DNA from: an uncultured delta proteobacterium
GTDB taxonomy: Bacteria > Myxococcota_A > Polyangia > Fen-1088
DNA: 64,000 nt
Assembly (NCBI GenBank): GCA_963755125.1
Contig: CAVWIP010000016.1
Span: forward strand, 96,001-160,000
Direction of reading: 5' to 3'
The position numbers and the translations under genes were made by a program. Each line of letters opens with the position of its first letter. The stretch's first letter is position 1. The notes under the pieces were generated by a model that was not told the DNA's origin, ran no database searches, and saw only the letters and a program-made list of their open reading frames with translations. This document shows, piece after piece, positions 39,317 to 49,443 of this stretch.

Positions 39317-39799
39317 CTAGGGGGGCGCATTGGGGCCTACGTTGGTCAAGGCGAACAGATAGTCCGCCCAGCGACCGTGCGGATGATGCTGGTAGTAGTA
39401 GGGCATCTCGGCGCGCGCGGCCGCCGTGTCATGCAGGTTGAGATATGCCTGAACCAGCAAGCCGTCGCGCTCGTCCGAGTCGCGCGAATCGCCGAAGCGC
39501 TCGCGCGCCTCGCGGGCCGCTTCGACCGCCTTCGCCGGGTCGGTCCGGTAATGGTCCCGGATCTGCTTCATCAAGGCAGCCTCGGCCGAGATTTCAGGTT
39601 CGGCAGCGCGGGCAGGGCCGGCATCGGGCCTGACCAGCTTGGGCGGCGGAAGGCGAGTATGAGCCAGCACAGTAACCCCGCCGACCGAGGACGGCTGCGT
39701 CTCGGTCGGCGCTTGCTGCCTTTCTCCGCGGCGAAACAGGAAAACCAGCAGCGCCGTGACCAACGAAAGCCAGAAAAGGATGTGGATGGTGCGTTTCAC
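39317..39799 (-). CDS. Membrane-anchored TPR-like protein
   Basis: AGGAG RBS, N-terminal TM, and EAALMKQIR..DPAKAVE..ERFGDS..ERDGLLVQAY..AARAE..HPHG. Confidence 0.65.
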   Translation of the reverse strand: MKRTIHILFWLSLVTALLVFLFRRGERQQAPTETQPSSVGGVTVLAHTRLPPPKLVRPDAGPARAAEPEISAEAALMKQIRDHYRTDPAKAVEAAREARERFGDSRDSDERDGLLVQAYLNLHDTAAARAEMPYYYQHHPHGRWADYLFALTNVGPNAPP

Positions 39800-40281
39800 G
39801 ATCCGGGCCCTCCTGAACGACAAAGTGTGGGGCCTCTCCGTTTCTAGGGACGGAAAAAAAGCCTGGCCGGAAGAGTACTAGATTTCTTGCGGGTTGTTGA
39901 GCCGAACCTTGCGATGCCCTGAGCCCCGATGGTGCGGCTGATGGTCCGGCCTGTTCCGAGACAATGGGATGGACCACGTTGGTCATCAGCAGCCCGCGTT
40001 TGGTGTCGTCGATCGCGATGAGTGTGGTTCCCACCGAGTTCACGCTGTCCGGAGCGAGAGAAATGAAAGTATCACGCCCGTGCGACTGTCGAATCTCGAC
40101 CGTCAACCGTCAGACTGCCACCGCGGAAAGATTTCGCAGGTTGACTCGCCACTCGCAAACCATACCGCTCTGCCGCGGTGGGTCTTGAGTTTGGCCCAGA
40201 CTTAGACAGCCACGACCACTTCAGGGCTTGGAGCGCACGCCCAGCCGTGCAAATATGGCGTCCGTGCTGGAGGAACCTACG

Positions 40282-40956
40282 ATGCGAACGACATTCGGCC
40301 TCTGCTTCCTTGCCCTCACCCTGACCGCCGCGACGGCGCATGCACAGGGTGTCTTCCTCGAAAAAGGGGATCCCGGCATAAGCGCCACGGTTGGTGCTGC
40401 TGCGATAGGGACGGGGTGGAGCGCGTCCGTCGTGCCCAGCTACACTTATCGGGGCATGTTCGACGTCGGTATCGACGTGACTCGCTACAGCTATAGCAGC
40501 GGGGATGCAAACCATCTCTCGTCCATCGGTCTTATGCCGTTTGCCAACGTCTATCTCACCCGTTCCGAGGATGGCCATTTGCCAGTTTCGGTCGCTGGCA
40601 CTCTCGCGGTCGAGAAACGAATCTTCATGGGCAACGGTGGGGCGCCCAATCCCGACGGATGGGGCGTGTTGTTCGGCGCCTCTGTCTTTCGGCGCATCGA
40701 CTTCAGCAACACTTTTGTCGGCATTCCCGAGGTATTCGTGGCGTATGATCTGCAGGCCACGACATGGCACAGCACAACAATAGATGGCAACGCCGCGGTT
40801 AGTCCGGGCCAGACAACAAACTATGACCAGAAACCCCGCGTGTTCCTTCGCGCCAACATGGGATTCAAGGGCGACAAGACCATGTACACAATTGCCCCCT
40901 ACGTCGGTTACCAGGCCGGTTTTGCAGTCGGCGGCAACGTGGGCGCGATTTTTTAG
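40282..40956 (+). CDS. Hypothetical outer-membrane beta-barrel protein
   Basis: GGAGG RBS, signal peptide ending AHAQ, amphipathic strands, C-terminal Phe. Confidence 0.7.
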   Translation: MRTTFGLCFLALTLTAATAHAQGVFLEKGDPGISATVGAAAIGTGWSASVVPSYTYRGMFDVGIDVTRYSYSSGDANHLSSIGLMPFANVYLTRSEDGHLPVSVAGTLAVEKRIFMGNGGAPNPDGWGVLFGASVFRRIDFSNTFVGIPEVFVAYDLQATTWHSTTIDGNAAVSPGQTTNYDQKPRVFLRANMGFKGDKTMYTIAPYVGYQAGFAVGGNVGAIF

Positions 40957-41067
40957 CGACCGTGCCGGTGCCAGTTGCGCGCCGAGACGAAGCGGCCCCG
41001 GAATCGAGCACCCGAACCGTTTGCAAAGAAGAAAACGCCTAGCTCTTACGTCTAGGACACTGGTCCC

Positions 41068-42729
41068 GTGAGTACTCCCGCCCGCCTCGAAGATAACATT
41101 GGCTTTGCCTGTACCGACCTGCAGTGTCGGCTAGGGCGTGAGTCCGCGGTGGCCTTGCGCTGGCTGGGTTCGGACGGCGAGCAGAGTGATTTCACCTTCG
41201 GACAACTGGCCCGCGAGAGCTCACGATTTGCGGCAGTGCTGGCCAGGCTGGGTGTGGCGCCCGGTGCGCGCGTCTTCATCATGCTGCCCAAACTGCCCGA
41301 GGTGTTCATCGCCTTTCTGGGTGGCCTGAAGGCGCGCGCCGTGGTGGGTCCCTTGTTCGCCAACTTCGGTGACGAAGCGCTCTTGGACCGGTTGGGCGAT
41401 TCCCACGCCTGCGTCCTTCTCACCAAGCACAGCCTGCTAAAGAAGGTTCACCGCATCCGCGACCGGTTGCCCGACCTGCGCCATGTCCTGTTGGTCGACG
41501 TGGATGACCACCCCGCCGCCGATGTCCTGAGCTATCGCCGCCTAATGCGGGAAGCCTTGTCCGATTTCGTGGTGGCGCCCACTGCGCCAGAGACGCCGTC
41601 GATCCTCCACTACACCTCCGGCTCGACGGGCAAGCCCAAGGGCGTGCTGCACGTGCATGGGGCCTTGCCCACTATTGTGGGGACGACACGCGATGTTCTC
41701 GGCCTGGGGCCGGGTGACGTGTTCTGGTGCACGGCCGACCCGGGCTGGGTGACGGGGACATCCTACGGGATCATCGGGCCCTGGGCCGTCGGCGCCACCC
41801 AGGTCCACTACGGCGGCAACTTCGATGCTGGCGCGTGGATGACCATTCTCGAGCAGGAACGGGTCAACGTCTGGTACACGGCCCCGACCGCGCTGCGCAT
41901 GCTGATGCGGGAAGAGGCGTCACTCTGTACGGGCCGGCGCCTCGAATCTCTGCGCTGCGCAGCCAGCGTGGGCGAGCCGCTCAATCCTGAGATCACCTAC
42001 TGGGCCCGCCGCACCTTGGGCAAGGAGATCCACGATACCTGGTTCCAGACCGAGACCGGTGCCATCATGATCGCCAACCGACCCGGGCTGGCCGTGCGCC
42101 CCGGTTCCATGGGCAAGGTGGTCGACGGCGTTGAAGCCGTTATCCTGGACAGCACGGGCCAACCCCTGCCCGCTGGACAGCAGGGTCGGCTGTGCCTGCG
42201 TTCAGGTTGGCCCTCCATGTTTGCCCAGTACCTCAACCGCCCCGAGGTCTATGCCAGCCGGTTCCACGGCGAGTACTACGACTCGGGCGACATGGCGGTG
42301 CGGGACGCGGATGGTTACTTCTGGTTCGTGGGCCGCACCGACGACGTGATCAACACCTCGGGGCATCTGGTGGGCCCGTTCGAGATCGAGAGTGTCTTGC
42401 TGGAACTGCCCGAAGTGGCCGAAGCAGCCGCCGTGAGCGCGCCTGACCCCATTCGCTTCGAGAAGGTCGTGGTCTTCGTCTGCCTGCGCCCGGGTCAGTC
42501 CGCCTCGCGCGAGTTGGAAAGCCGCATTCGCCTGCACGTGGCGAACCGCATCTCGTCCATCGCGAGCCCCCAGGACGTCAGGTTCGTGGCCAGCCTGCCC
42601 AGAAACCGCAGCGGCAAGATCATGCGGCGGGTGCTGCGCGCGCGCTTCCTGGGCCAGGACGAGGGCGACCTTTCCAGCATGGAAACCTGGCACCCTGGGG
42701 ACATCGGCGATCGGCGCGAGCGAGTCTGA
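41068..42729 (+). CDS. acsA: Acetate--CoA ligase (AcsA-type AMP-binding enzyme)
   Basis: YTSGSTGKPKG, WCTADPGWVTG, SVGEPLNPE, DTWFQTETG and RSGKIMRR. Confidence 0.88.
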   Translation: MSTPARLEDNIGFACTDLQCRLGRESAVALRWLGSDGEQSDFTFGQLARESSRFAAVLARLGVAPGARVFIMLPKLPEVFIAFLGGLKARAVVGPLFANFGDEALLDRLGDSHACVLLTKHSLLKKVHRIRDRLPDLRHVLLVDVDDHPAADVLSYRRLMREALSDFVVAPTAPETPSILHYTSGSTGKPKGVLHVHGALPTIVGTTRDVLGLGPGDVFWCTADPGWVTGTSYGIIGPWAVGATQVHYGGNFDAGAWMTILEQERVNVWYTAPTALRMLMREEASLCTGRRLESLRCAASVGEPLNPEITYWARRTLGKEIHDTWFQTETGAIMIANRPGLAVRPGSMGKVVDGVEAVILDSTGQPLPAGQQGRLCLRSGWPSMFAQYLNRPEVYASRFHGEYYDSGDMAVRDADGYFWFVGRTDDVINTSGHLVGPFEIESVLLELPEVAEAAAVSAPDPIRFEKVVVFVCLRPGQSASRELESRIRLHVANRISSIASPQDVRFVASLPRNRSGKIMRRVLRARFLGQDEGDLSSMETWHPGDIGDRRERV

Positions 42730-42832
42730 TCGCTCGGTCAACTAAACAGCCCGGCGCGTTTTCGGTTGGCTTCTGCGCCCTGACACGCTATCACTAACCG
42801 ACGGAAACAGGACTGGCGGAGGCTTCTTTCCC

Positions 42833-43768
42833 ATGCATCGAAAAAAGATCGCACTGATCGGCGCGGGCAATATTGGCGGCGAGCTCGCGGCCCAGGCGGC
42901 CCGACTCGAGCTGGGCGACGTCTATCTCTTCGACATCCCGGACAAGCTGGGCATCGCCCAGGGCAAGGCCCTGGACCTGGAGCAGAACGGCTCGATCCTG
43001 GGTTACGACGTGCGCATCGCGGGAACCTCCAACTGGGACGACCTGGCGGGCAGCGACGTGGCCATCGTGACCGCGGGCATACCGCGCAAGCCGGGCATGT
43101 CGCGCAACGATCTGCTGGGGGTCAACCTGCGCATCATTCGCAGCGTGGCCGAGAACCTCAAGGTGCAAGCCCCCGATTGTTTCGTCATCGTGATTTCCAA
43201 TCCGCTCGACGCCATGGTGCACGAGATGAAACGAGCCACCGGGTTTCCCCCTGAACGAGTGGTGGGCATGGCGGGTCAGCTCGATTCAGCGCGCTTTCAG
43301 CTCTTCATCGCGCGAGAGGCCGGCGTGGCAGTCAAGGACGTGCGCGCCATGGTGCTGGGCGGCCACGGTGAGACCATGGTGCCCGTGCTCAGCTACTGCA
43401 CCATCAACGGCATTCCCGTTCGCCAGCTCATCCCGCAAAACCGACTGGACGCCATCATCCAGCGCACGCGCGACAGCGGCGCCGAGGTGGTCAGGCTCAT
43501 GGGGTCAAGCGCCTACTACGCGCCTGCCTCAGCAGCCGTGCAGATGGCGCGTTCGTATCTCTACGACGAAAAGCGACTGCTTCCCTGCGCGGTGTACCTG
43601 CGAGGCGAGTATGGCGTGCACGACGTGTACATGGGCGTGCCCGCAGTCATCGGCGGCCGCGGAGTGGAGAAGGTGGTGGTCATCGAACTCGACGCCACGG
43701 AACGCCAGATGTTGGAGAATTCGGTCCAAGGGGTGCGCGACCTCATCGCCGCGGCCGAGAACCTGTAG
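42833..43768 (+). CDS. mdh: Malate dehydrogenase (LDH-like)
   Basis: IGAGNIG, TAGIPRKPGMSR, ISNPLDAM, LDSARF and VLGGHG. Confidence 0.95.
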   Translation: MHRKKIALIGAGNIGGELAAQAARLELGDVYLFDIPDKLGIAQGKALDLEQNGSILGYDVRIAGTSNWDDLAGSDVAIVTAGIPRKPGMSRNDLLGVNLRIIRSVAENLKVQAPDCFVIVISNPLDAMVHEMKRATGFPPERVVGMAGQLDSARFQLFIAREAGVAVKDVRAMVLGGHGETMVPVLSYCTINGIPVRQLIPQNRLDAIIQRTRDSGAEVVRLMGSSAYYAPASAAVQMARSYLYDEKRLLPCAVYLRGEYGVHDVYMGVPAVIGGRGVEKVVVIELDATERQMLENSVQGVRDLIAAAENL

Positions 43769-43784
43769 AGATTACGGCCCGACG

Positions 43785-46268
43785 GTGGCTTCATCCACTA
43801 GACGGTATCTGCCGACGCGTCTCGACCAGGGAATATTCCTACTAAGTTTCTCCGTGCTGCTGCTGGAGCTGCTGCTCACGCGCATCTTCTCGGTCGTCAT
43901 GTTTCATCATCTTTCGTTTGTCGCCGTGTCGCTCGCCATGACGGGCCTAGGCTTCGGCGGCCTGCTGGTCAACGCGGTCTCGGGCCGATTCCGTCGAGAC
44001 AACCTGGCTTCGGCCGCTTCCTTCTGGGCTACGGTCTTCGCCATCGGCACGGTGGCCGCGGGCGCCGTGGCTTTCCACATGCCGATAGGCATGGAGACCT
44101 CGGCGGAGAACTGGCTCAAGGTGCTGACGGTGCTCGGCTTTTGTCTGGTGCCATTCGCTGCCGGCGGAATAATCATCGCGCATTTGCTGTCGTGCCATGC
44201 CCAACAGACAAACCGGCTCTACTGTTTCGATTTGGTCGGCGCTGGTTTCGGCTGTCTGGCATTCATTCCGATGACCAACTGGCTTGGCGCGCCCACAGCG
44301 CTGCTTTTTACCAGCGCGGCTGCCGTGGTCGCCGGCTTCGTTCTCGCCGGCCCGGCGGCGCCGCGTCGGCGGGCGGTTTGCTTGACGGTTTTTGCCATCA
44401 TCGTCGGCACGGCCTCGGCCAATCTGGTATTCGAGTTCTATGACATCAAGTACGCGCACGGGGGACGGCAAGGTGAAGCGCTCGAACGCCGATGGAACTC
44501 GTTCTCGCGCGTGGAAGTTGCAGGCACAGCGCCGGACTTGTGGACGAAACGGGCGCCCGTCAGCTTCGGCTACAGCCACACGATCCAGGGCAAGCAGGCG
44601 CGAGAACTCTATCTGACCTACGACGCGGGAGCGCTCACGCAGATCGTCGGGTTTCGCGGCGATCTAGCAGAAGTGGACTACCTTCACTACGACGTTGCCT
44701 CGGCCGCGTATCATACAAGGCCGCAAGGCAGCGTGTTGGTTATCGGAGCAGGTGGTGGTCGCGACGTGCTGACAGCGCTCTCGGCGGGCGCCCAGCATGT
44801 CACCGGCGTGGAAATCAATGGCCTAACAATCGATCTGTTGCGCGGACCGTTCAAGGACTTCGTTGGCGGTTTGTATTCGGATTATCCGCGCGTGGACATC
44901 GTGCACGACGATGGGCGCAGCTACGTCCGCTCCACCCAACGAAAGTACGATCTGATCCAGGCGTCACTGGTCGACACTTGGGCTGCGTCGTCCGCCGGTG
45001 CGTTCGCGCTGGTCGAGAACAGCCTTTACACGGTCGACGCCTTTTCTGACTACCTGTCGCGGCTCGCACCCCAAGGTATGCTGTCGTTCTCGCGCTGGTA
45101 CCGCCAGCCGCCCGAGGAGGTGTTGCGCGTGGTTGTGCTGGGCAAGGAGGCGCTGCGCCGTCGGGGTGTCGCGGATGCCAGAAAAAACCTGGCGATTGTC
45201 CGCACGCGCACCGAATTGACAAAGGCTCCCTCGCTGGCGACCATCATCTTCAAGCTCAGCCCGTTTGACCCGGGCGAATGCGACGAGCTGCTGGCGTGGG
45301 CGAACCGAATGCAATTCGCCGTCGAGTATTTGCCGCCAGCAAGTGGTTGGCGCGGTAACAACCCGGTGATCGCCACGGTGATGGGCCCGCAGTCCGAGCG
45401 GTTCATAGCTCGCGCCGCCTACGACCTGTCCCTTGTCGATGACAATCGTCCTTTCTTCTTCGACCGCGTGCCACTGCTCGCTTGGCTGATGCATCGATTT
45501 CACATGAACACGATTTCCGCAGGGGCCGGCCAGCTAACCTTTGGAGGACAGACGCTGCTCATTGCTCTTGTGGCCACGGCGACATGCGCGTTTGCTCTCT
45601 TCCTCACACCGCTGCTCCTCGCGGGGTGGGCCGGGCGACGTGTGACGAAAACCCTGCCGGAAGCAGGTGCCCCAACTCTCGGCCGTTCTATCGGCTGGGC
45701 GGTCTACTTTGCCTGCCTTGGCTTGGGCTTCATGGCCATCGAAATCGTGCTGATACAGCGGTTCAACCTTCATCTCGGCGATCCGGTCTATGCGCTATCG
45801 GTGGTCATGTTCACCATGCTGCTGTCAAGCGGCCTCGGCAGTCACGTCGCCGGTCGCTGCCGAACGGTACTGACCCTTCCCGTGATTCTGACGTTGGTCT
45901 TAGGCTTGCTGGTGCTCTACGGATTTGCTTTGCCCAGAATCATCCATATCACCTTGGGCGCATCGACCGCACGACGTATTGTCGTCGCCATGGCGACCAT
46001 CGCTCCGATAGCCTTCATCATGGGGATGCCCTTCCCGACTGGAATGCGCCTGGCCGCGAAGGAATCGAACTCGCTGGTTTCTTGGGCTTGGGCGATCAAT
46101 GGCGGTGCCTCGGTCTTCGGCTCCGTGTTGACGGTGCTGATTTCCATGTCCTTCGGGTTTTCGAGCAGCTTTCTCGTGGGGACTTTCATCTATGGAATGG
46201 CGTTGACCTGCATCGTGCTGCTAGCACCCGCAAGCCAAGAGGGCGCGCCGAAGACCGCGATTTTTTGA
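43785..46268 (+). CDS. Polytopic membrane protein with spermidine-synthase-like SAM-binding domain
   Basis: ELLLTRIFSV, LYCFDLVGAG, VLVIGAGGGRDV, VEIN, DDGRSY, ENSLYTVDAF, DDNRPFF and WAWAINGGASV. Confidence 0.85.
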   Translation: MASSTRRYLPTRLDQGIFLLSFSVLLLELLLTRIFSVVMFHHLSFVAVSLAMTGLGFGGLLVNAVSGRFRRDNLASAASFWATVFAIGTVAAGAVAFHMPIGMETSAENWLKVLTVLGFCLVPFAAGGIIIAHLLSCHAQQTNRLYCFDLVGAGFGCLAFIPMTNWLGAPTALLFTSAAAVVAGFVLAGPAAPRRRAVCLTVFAIIVGTASANLVFEFYDIKYAHGGRQGEALERRWNSFSRVEVAGTAPDLWTKRAPVSFGYSHTIQGKQARELYLTYDAGALTQIVGFRGDLAEVDYLHYDVASAAYHTRPQGSVLVIGAGGGRDVLTALSAGAQHVTGVEINGLTIDLLRGPFKDFVGGLYSDYPRVDIVHDDGRSYVRSTQRKYDLIQASLVDTWAASSAGAFALVENSLYTVDAFSDYLSRLAPQGMLSFSRWYRQPPEEVLRVVVLGKEALRRRGVADARKNLAIVRTRTELTKAPSLATIIFKLSPFDPGECDELLAWANRMQFAVEYLPPASGWRGNNPVIATVMGPQSERFIARAAYDLSLVDDNRPFFFDRVPLLAWLMHRFHMNTISAGAGQLTFGGQTLLIALVATATCAFALFLTPLLLAGWAGRRVTKTLPEAGAPTLGRSIGWAVYFACLGLGFMAIEIVLIQRFNLHLGDPVYALSVVMFTMLLSSGLGSHVAGRCRTVLTLPVILTLVLGLLVLYGFALPRIIHITLGASTARRIVVAMATIAPIAFIMGMPFPTGMRLAAKESNSLVSWAWAINGGASVFGSVLTVLISMSFGFSSSFLVGTFIYGMALTCIVLLAPASQEGAPKTAIF

Positions 46269-46276
46269 GTCGTTTT

Positions 46277-48334
46277 CTAGATATCGGCCTGCGCCAGCGA
46301 GAACTTGTTGTTCTTCTCGTAGAGAATCTGGAAGCTGTCGCGCGATTCCGGTGGCAGGAGCCGCTTCACCTTCTCCAGTCGGCCTCGTTCGAAGAGCACG
46401 AACACGCGGTGGCCGCGGTGGGTCTTCACCCACTCTTCCATCTTCTCGTCGGCGTTGTCGGTGTCGAAGACCGTGCGATCCTCCTGCGGGCCTTCATAGA
46501 TCTCGTTCTTGGTATAGAAGGTTTCTCCCCGCCAGTACATGGAGTAAGCGATGAGCCGCTCGTCGGGCGAACGGCGGTGCTTGTAGTACTCGGCTATGGT
46601 CCCTTTCTGCGACCAGAAAGGCGCCACCTCCCGCATGAACACGTCCAGCAGAAACCAGGTAAAGAGCACGGCCGCCCCGCACAACCCAACCACAGCGAAA
46701 CGCAGTGACTTGCGCCAGGCCAGCGCCACCAGAGTGAGGCTGAACAGCACCGCGAAGACGATGAGGGGCGTGCGGAAGTCTAGTTCGCTGGGCCAAGGCC
46801 GCCCGGTCGGGCTGTGCACGTAGTCGTAGGAGAACAGCCACAGGAAGCGCTCGCTGGCATTCTTGGCGTTCACCAGGTCTGCCATCACCAGGAGCAAGAG
46901 CGGCACCCCAGGAAGAACTGCCAAGAACCCACGTCGCGCGTCTCGCCGGGTGCAGAGGTCGTCGAGGAAACACCCGATAACGATGCCCAGGCCAGGGATG
47001 GCGGGCATGACGTAGTGGTGAAACTTGGTCATGGACATGGACACCACGGCGTAGCCCGCCACGAACCAGATGGCGCCCAGCCAGTACACCGATTGCCGGC
47101 GCACGTCGTCCGCCTTGCGCATGACCATGGTGGCGACGGCAGCCGGGGCCAGGGCCACCCAGGGCAAGGTGCCGTAGCCCAGCTCGCGCAGGAAGTACTC
47201 GAACGAGCCCCGATCGCCGTGACGGCCCAGCATCATGCGCCGCCAGTGGTTGTCGCCGAACAGCTCATTCCAGAAAGCCCACCCGTGCCGCGCGATCATG
47301 GCATGGTGCCAGGGCGCCGCGACCACGACCACGACCACGATCGATAGCACCACCGCGGGCAGAAGCTGCGCGCGCCGCAGCCGCTTCCAGTTCCAGGTGA
47401 AGAGCAGATAGGCGAGAAAGATGATCAGGGGCAAGCCCAGGCCGGCGAAGCCCTTGGCCAGCACCGCCAGGCCGCATAGCATGGCCGCGATGTAAAGGTA
47501 AAGCGGGGCGCGGTAGCGAGCGCGGGCCGCAAAGAACAGAAACGCGGCCGAGCCGAGATAGTAGGGAATCATCAAGACCGCGCCGTACATCAGGACCTCG
47601 CCCTCGCCCCACGGCACCTTGACCTTGAGCTGAACCGAATCGACCAGCAATTGCGGCACCACGATGACCAGGAAGACGCCGAGGGTGGTGTAGAACAGCG
47701 GGTGATGGGGCCAACTCCGCCAACCGCGGCCGCGCCGAGGCAGCAACTCGTCGCGATCGTCGAGCAAGGCGAGCGTTCCCAGCGCCAGGGCCATGGTCAT
47801 GGGCCCTACAAAGGCCATGTCGGTCATGGCCTGACGAGCAATCAGGCTGAACATCGGGCAGGTTCCGGTCACGAGAGCCGCCAGGAACCCGGCCCGGCGA
47901 TTCACGAAACGCGACACGACCAAGTAAACGCCCCACAGCGCGAGCACGCCGAACAGGCAGAAAGGCACGCGCACCGCCCATTCGGTGCGTGAAAGCAAGG
48001 CCATCTCGCCTGGGTCGTTTCCGGGCAGGCCGATGCGCGCGATGTGCATGCCGATGCTCATGATCCAGAAGGTCAGCACCGGCTTCGACCAGAACACGTC
48101 AGCGTCGCGCGGCGATCCGGGCCACCACAAGCTGATGAAGTCGCCCCGCTTGGTCATCTGGCGCGCGACCTCCGAGTAGTGCGTCTCCCAGGGATCCCAC
48201 AGACCGTAAGTACCGGCGAACGGGATGTAGAGCAGCAGGCCGACCACGATCACGAGCAGGGTCATCTGCCGCTCGCTCAGGCGGTCGAACCAATTCACAT
48301 GGGAACCCTCAAGGGTGTTTTCTGCCGTGGTCAC
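46277..48334 (-). CDS. Glycosyltransferase family 39/83 (ArnT/PMT-like, GT-C fold)
   Basis: LWDPWETHYSEVARQM, SKPVLTFW, LAVLAKG and TKFHHY; many TM helices. The start may be the GTG at 48298. Confidence 0.88.
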   Translation of the reverse strand: MTTAENTLEGSHVNWFDRLSERQMTLLVIVVGLLLYIPFAGTYGLWDPWETHYSEVARQMTKRGDFISLWWPGSPRDADVFWSKPVLTFWIMSIGMHIARIGLPGNDPGEMALLSRTEWAVRVPFCLFGVLALWGVYLVVSRFVNRRAGFLAALVTGTCPMFSLIARQAMTDMAFVGPMTMALALGTLALLDDRDELLPRRGRGWRSWPHHPLFYTTLGVFLVIVVPQLLVDSVQLKVKVPWGEGEVLMYGAVLMIPYYLGSAAFLFFAARARYRAPLYLYIAAMLCGLAVLAKGFAGLGLPLIIFLAYLLFTWNWKRLRRAQLLPAVVLSIVVVVVVAAPWHHAMIARHGWAFWNELFGDNHWRRMMLGRHGDRGSFEYFLRELGYGTLPWVALAPAAVATMVMRKADDVRRQSVYWLGAIWFVAGYAVVSMSMTKFHHYVMPAIPGLGIVIGCFLDDLCTRRDARRGFLAVLPGVPLLLLVMADLVNAKNASERFLWLFSYDYVHSPTGRPWPSELDFRTPLIVFAVLFSLTLVALAWRKSLRFAVVGLCGAAVLFTWFLLDVFMREVAPFWSQKGTIAEYYKHRRSPDERLIAYSMYWRGETFYTKNEIYEGPQEDRTVFDTDNADEKMEEWVKTHRGHRVFVLFERGRLEKVKRLLPPESRDSFQILYEKNNKFSLAQADI

Positions 48335-48421
48335 GTGACATCCTGCACAGGAGGCAAGCCTACGTTTATCACATCACGGCCGAAACCAAACGGACACCAG
48401 TCTATACTTGCAGACAACCAA

Positions 48422-49411
48422 ATGAAGAAGCCGGTGCCTTTCATCCTGTGTCTTGCCTTCTCCATCGCTTTCAGGGCGTCGCCGGCCGTGTCGTGGGCGG
48501 CCCCACGGGTGGTCGCGCTGCTGCCGCCAACTGGAGACAACGTGGCCCCGACGATCTTGCAAGCATCACGCGATCTTCTGAAGGACCACCTGCAGCGTAC
48601 CGGCGTCTACACGGTCGTGGAGCCCACCGCTACGCCGAGCACGGAGGAACCGACCCCCGCGCAGGCGGCCAAGCAAGCGACTGCGCTCGGCGCCGAGCAG
48701 GCCATCGTCCTCCGCCTCATCCATTTCGGCACCTCGGCGCGCGTGCGGCTGACCGCATACGCGGCCAGCACAGGGCAGGTCGTCTACTGGGACAGCATCG
48801 TGATTTCCGGCGGCCCGGAGGAACTGGACACCGTCATCCAGCGGCTGGTTCATGCCATGCTGATCGGCAAGCCGGTTCGCGACAGCGCGGAAATCGACAC
48901 CGTGACCGACAAGGAGACCAACAACCTCGCTCGACGCACGGCCAACAAGTCGTTCGGCCTTCACTTGTTCACCTACTTGCCATTCAACACAGCAGGCGGC
49001 TCGATGACCGCTCTTCCGGGTGGCGGGCTCTTCTGGCTGTACGACGCGCGTTCGTGGATGGCTGATGTGGCTGTCGACGTGGGAGTCGCGGACAGCCACG
49101 GATCCTACGCCGCCTCCATAGGAGGGTACTATCCCCTGCTGCGCGAAGATTTCACGCCGTACCTGGGCGGCGTCGTGCGCTGGGCGTACATGAATCTCGG
49201 AGGCCAAGGCGCCAGTGGCATCGCGCTGCAGCCGACTGTCGGTGTGCTCCTAGGTCGACTTTCGTCGGTGCAGCTCCGCGCCGAGGTTGGCTACTTCATC
49301 AATACCTTTGGCGAGCGCGAGAACTACCCGATGGACGTCACGAGCCCCACCGCCGAGCCACCCAAGCACTACAGCCACGGCTTCATGCTCAACGTCGGCC
49401 TCGGGTTCTAG
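48422..49411 (+). CDS. Hypothetical exported protein: TolB-N/CsgG-like alpha/beta domain + C-terminal OM beta-barrel
   Basis: Signal peptide, VVALLPP..LGAEQAI..STGQVV pattern, FTPYLGG strand, C-terminal VGLGF. Confidence 0.65.
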   Translation: MKKPVPFILCLAFSIAFRASPAVSWAAPRVVALLPPTGDNVAPTILQASRDLLKDHLQRTGVYTVVEPTATPSTEEPTPAQAAKQATALGAEQAIVLRLIHFGTSARVRLTAYAASTGQVVYWDSIVISGGPEELDTVIQRLVHAMLIGKPVRDSAEIDTVTDKETNNLARRTANKSFGLHLFTYLPFNTAGGSMTALPGGGLFWLYDARSWMADVAVDVGVADSHGSYAASIGGYYPLLREDFTPYLGGVVRWAYMNLGGQGASGIALQPTVGVLLGRLSSVQLRAEVGYFINTFGERENYPMDVTSPTAEPPKHYSHGFMLNVGLGF

Positions 49412-49443
49412 CAACTTCGTTCCAGAGGCAAGGATCGAGCCCC

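Noticed and set aside
39830..40230. Short ORFs in the intergenic region (39594-40106, 39964-40188)
   Set aside because: No RBS, motif or consistent coding signal that I can support.
43368..43784. N-terminal extension of the spermidine-synthase-like ORF
   Set aside because: Overlaps mdh in another frame; the GTG at 43785 is the more plausible start.
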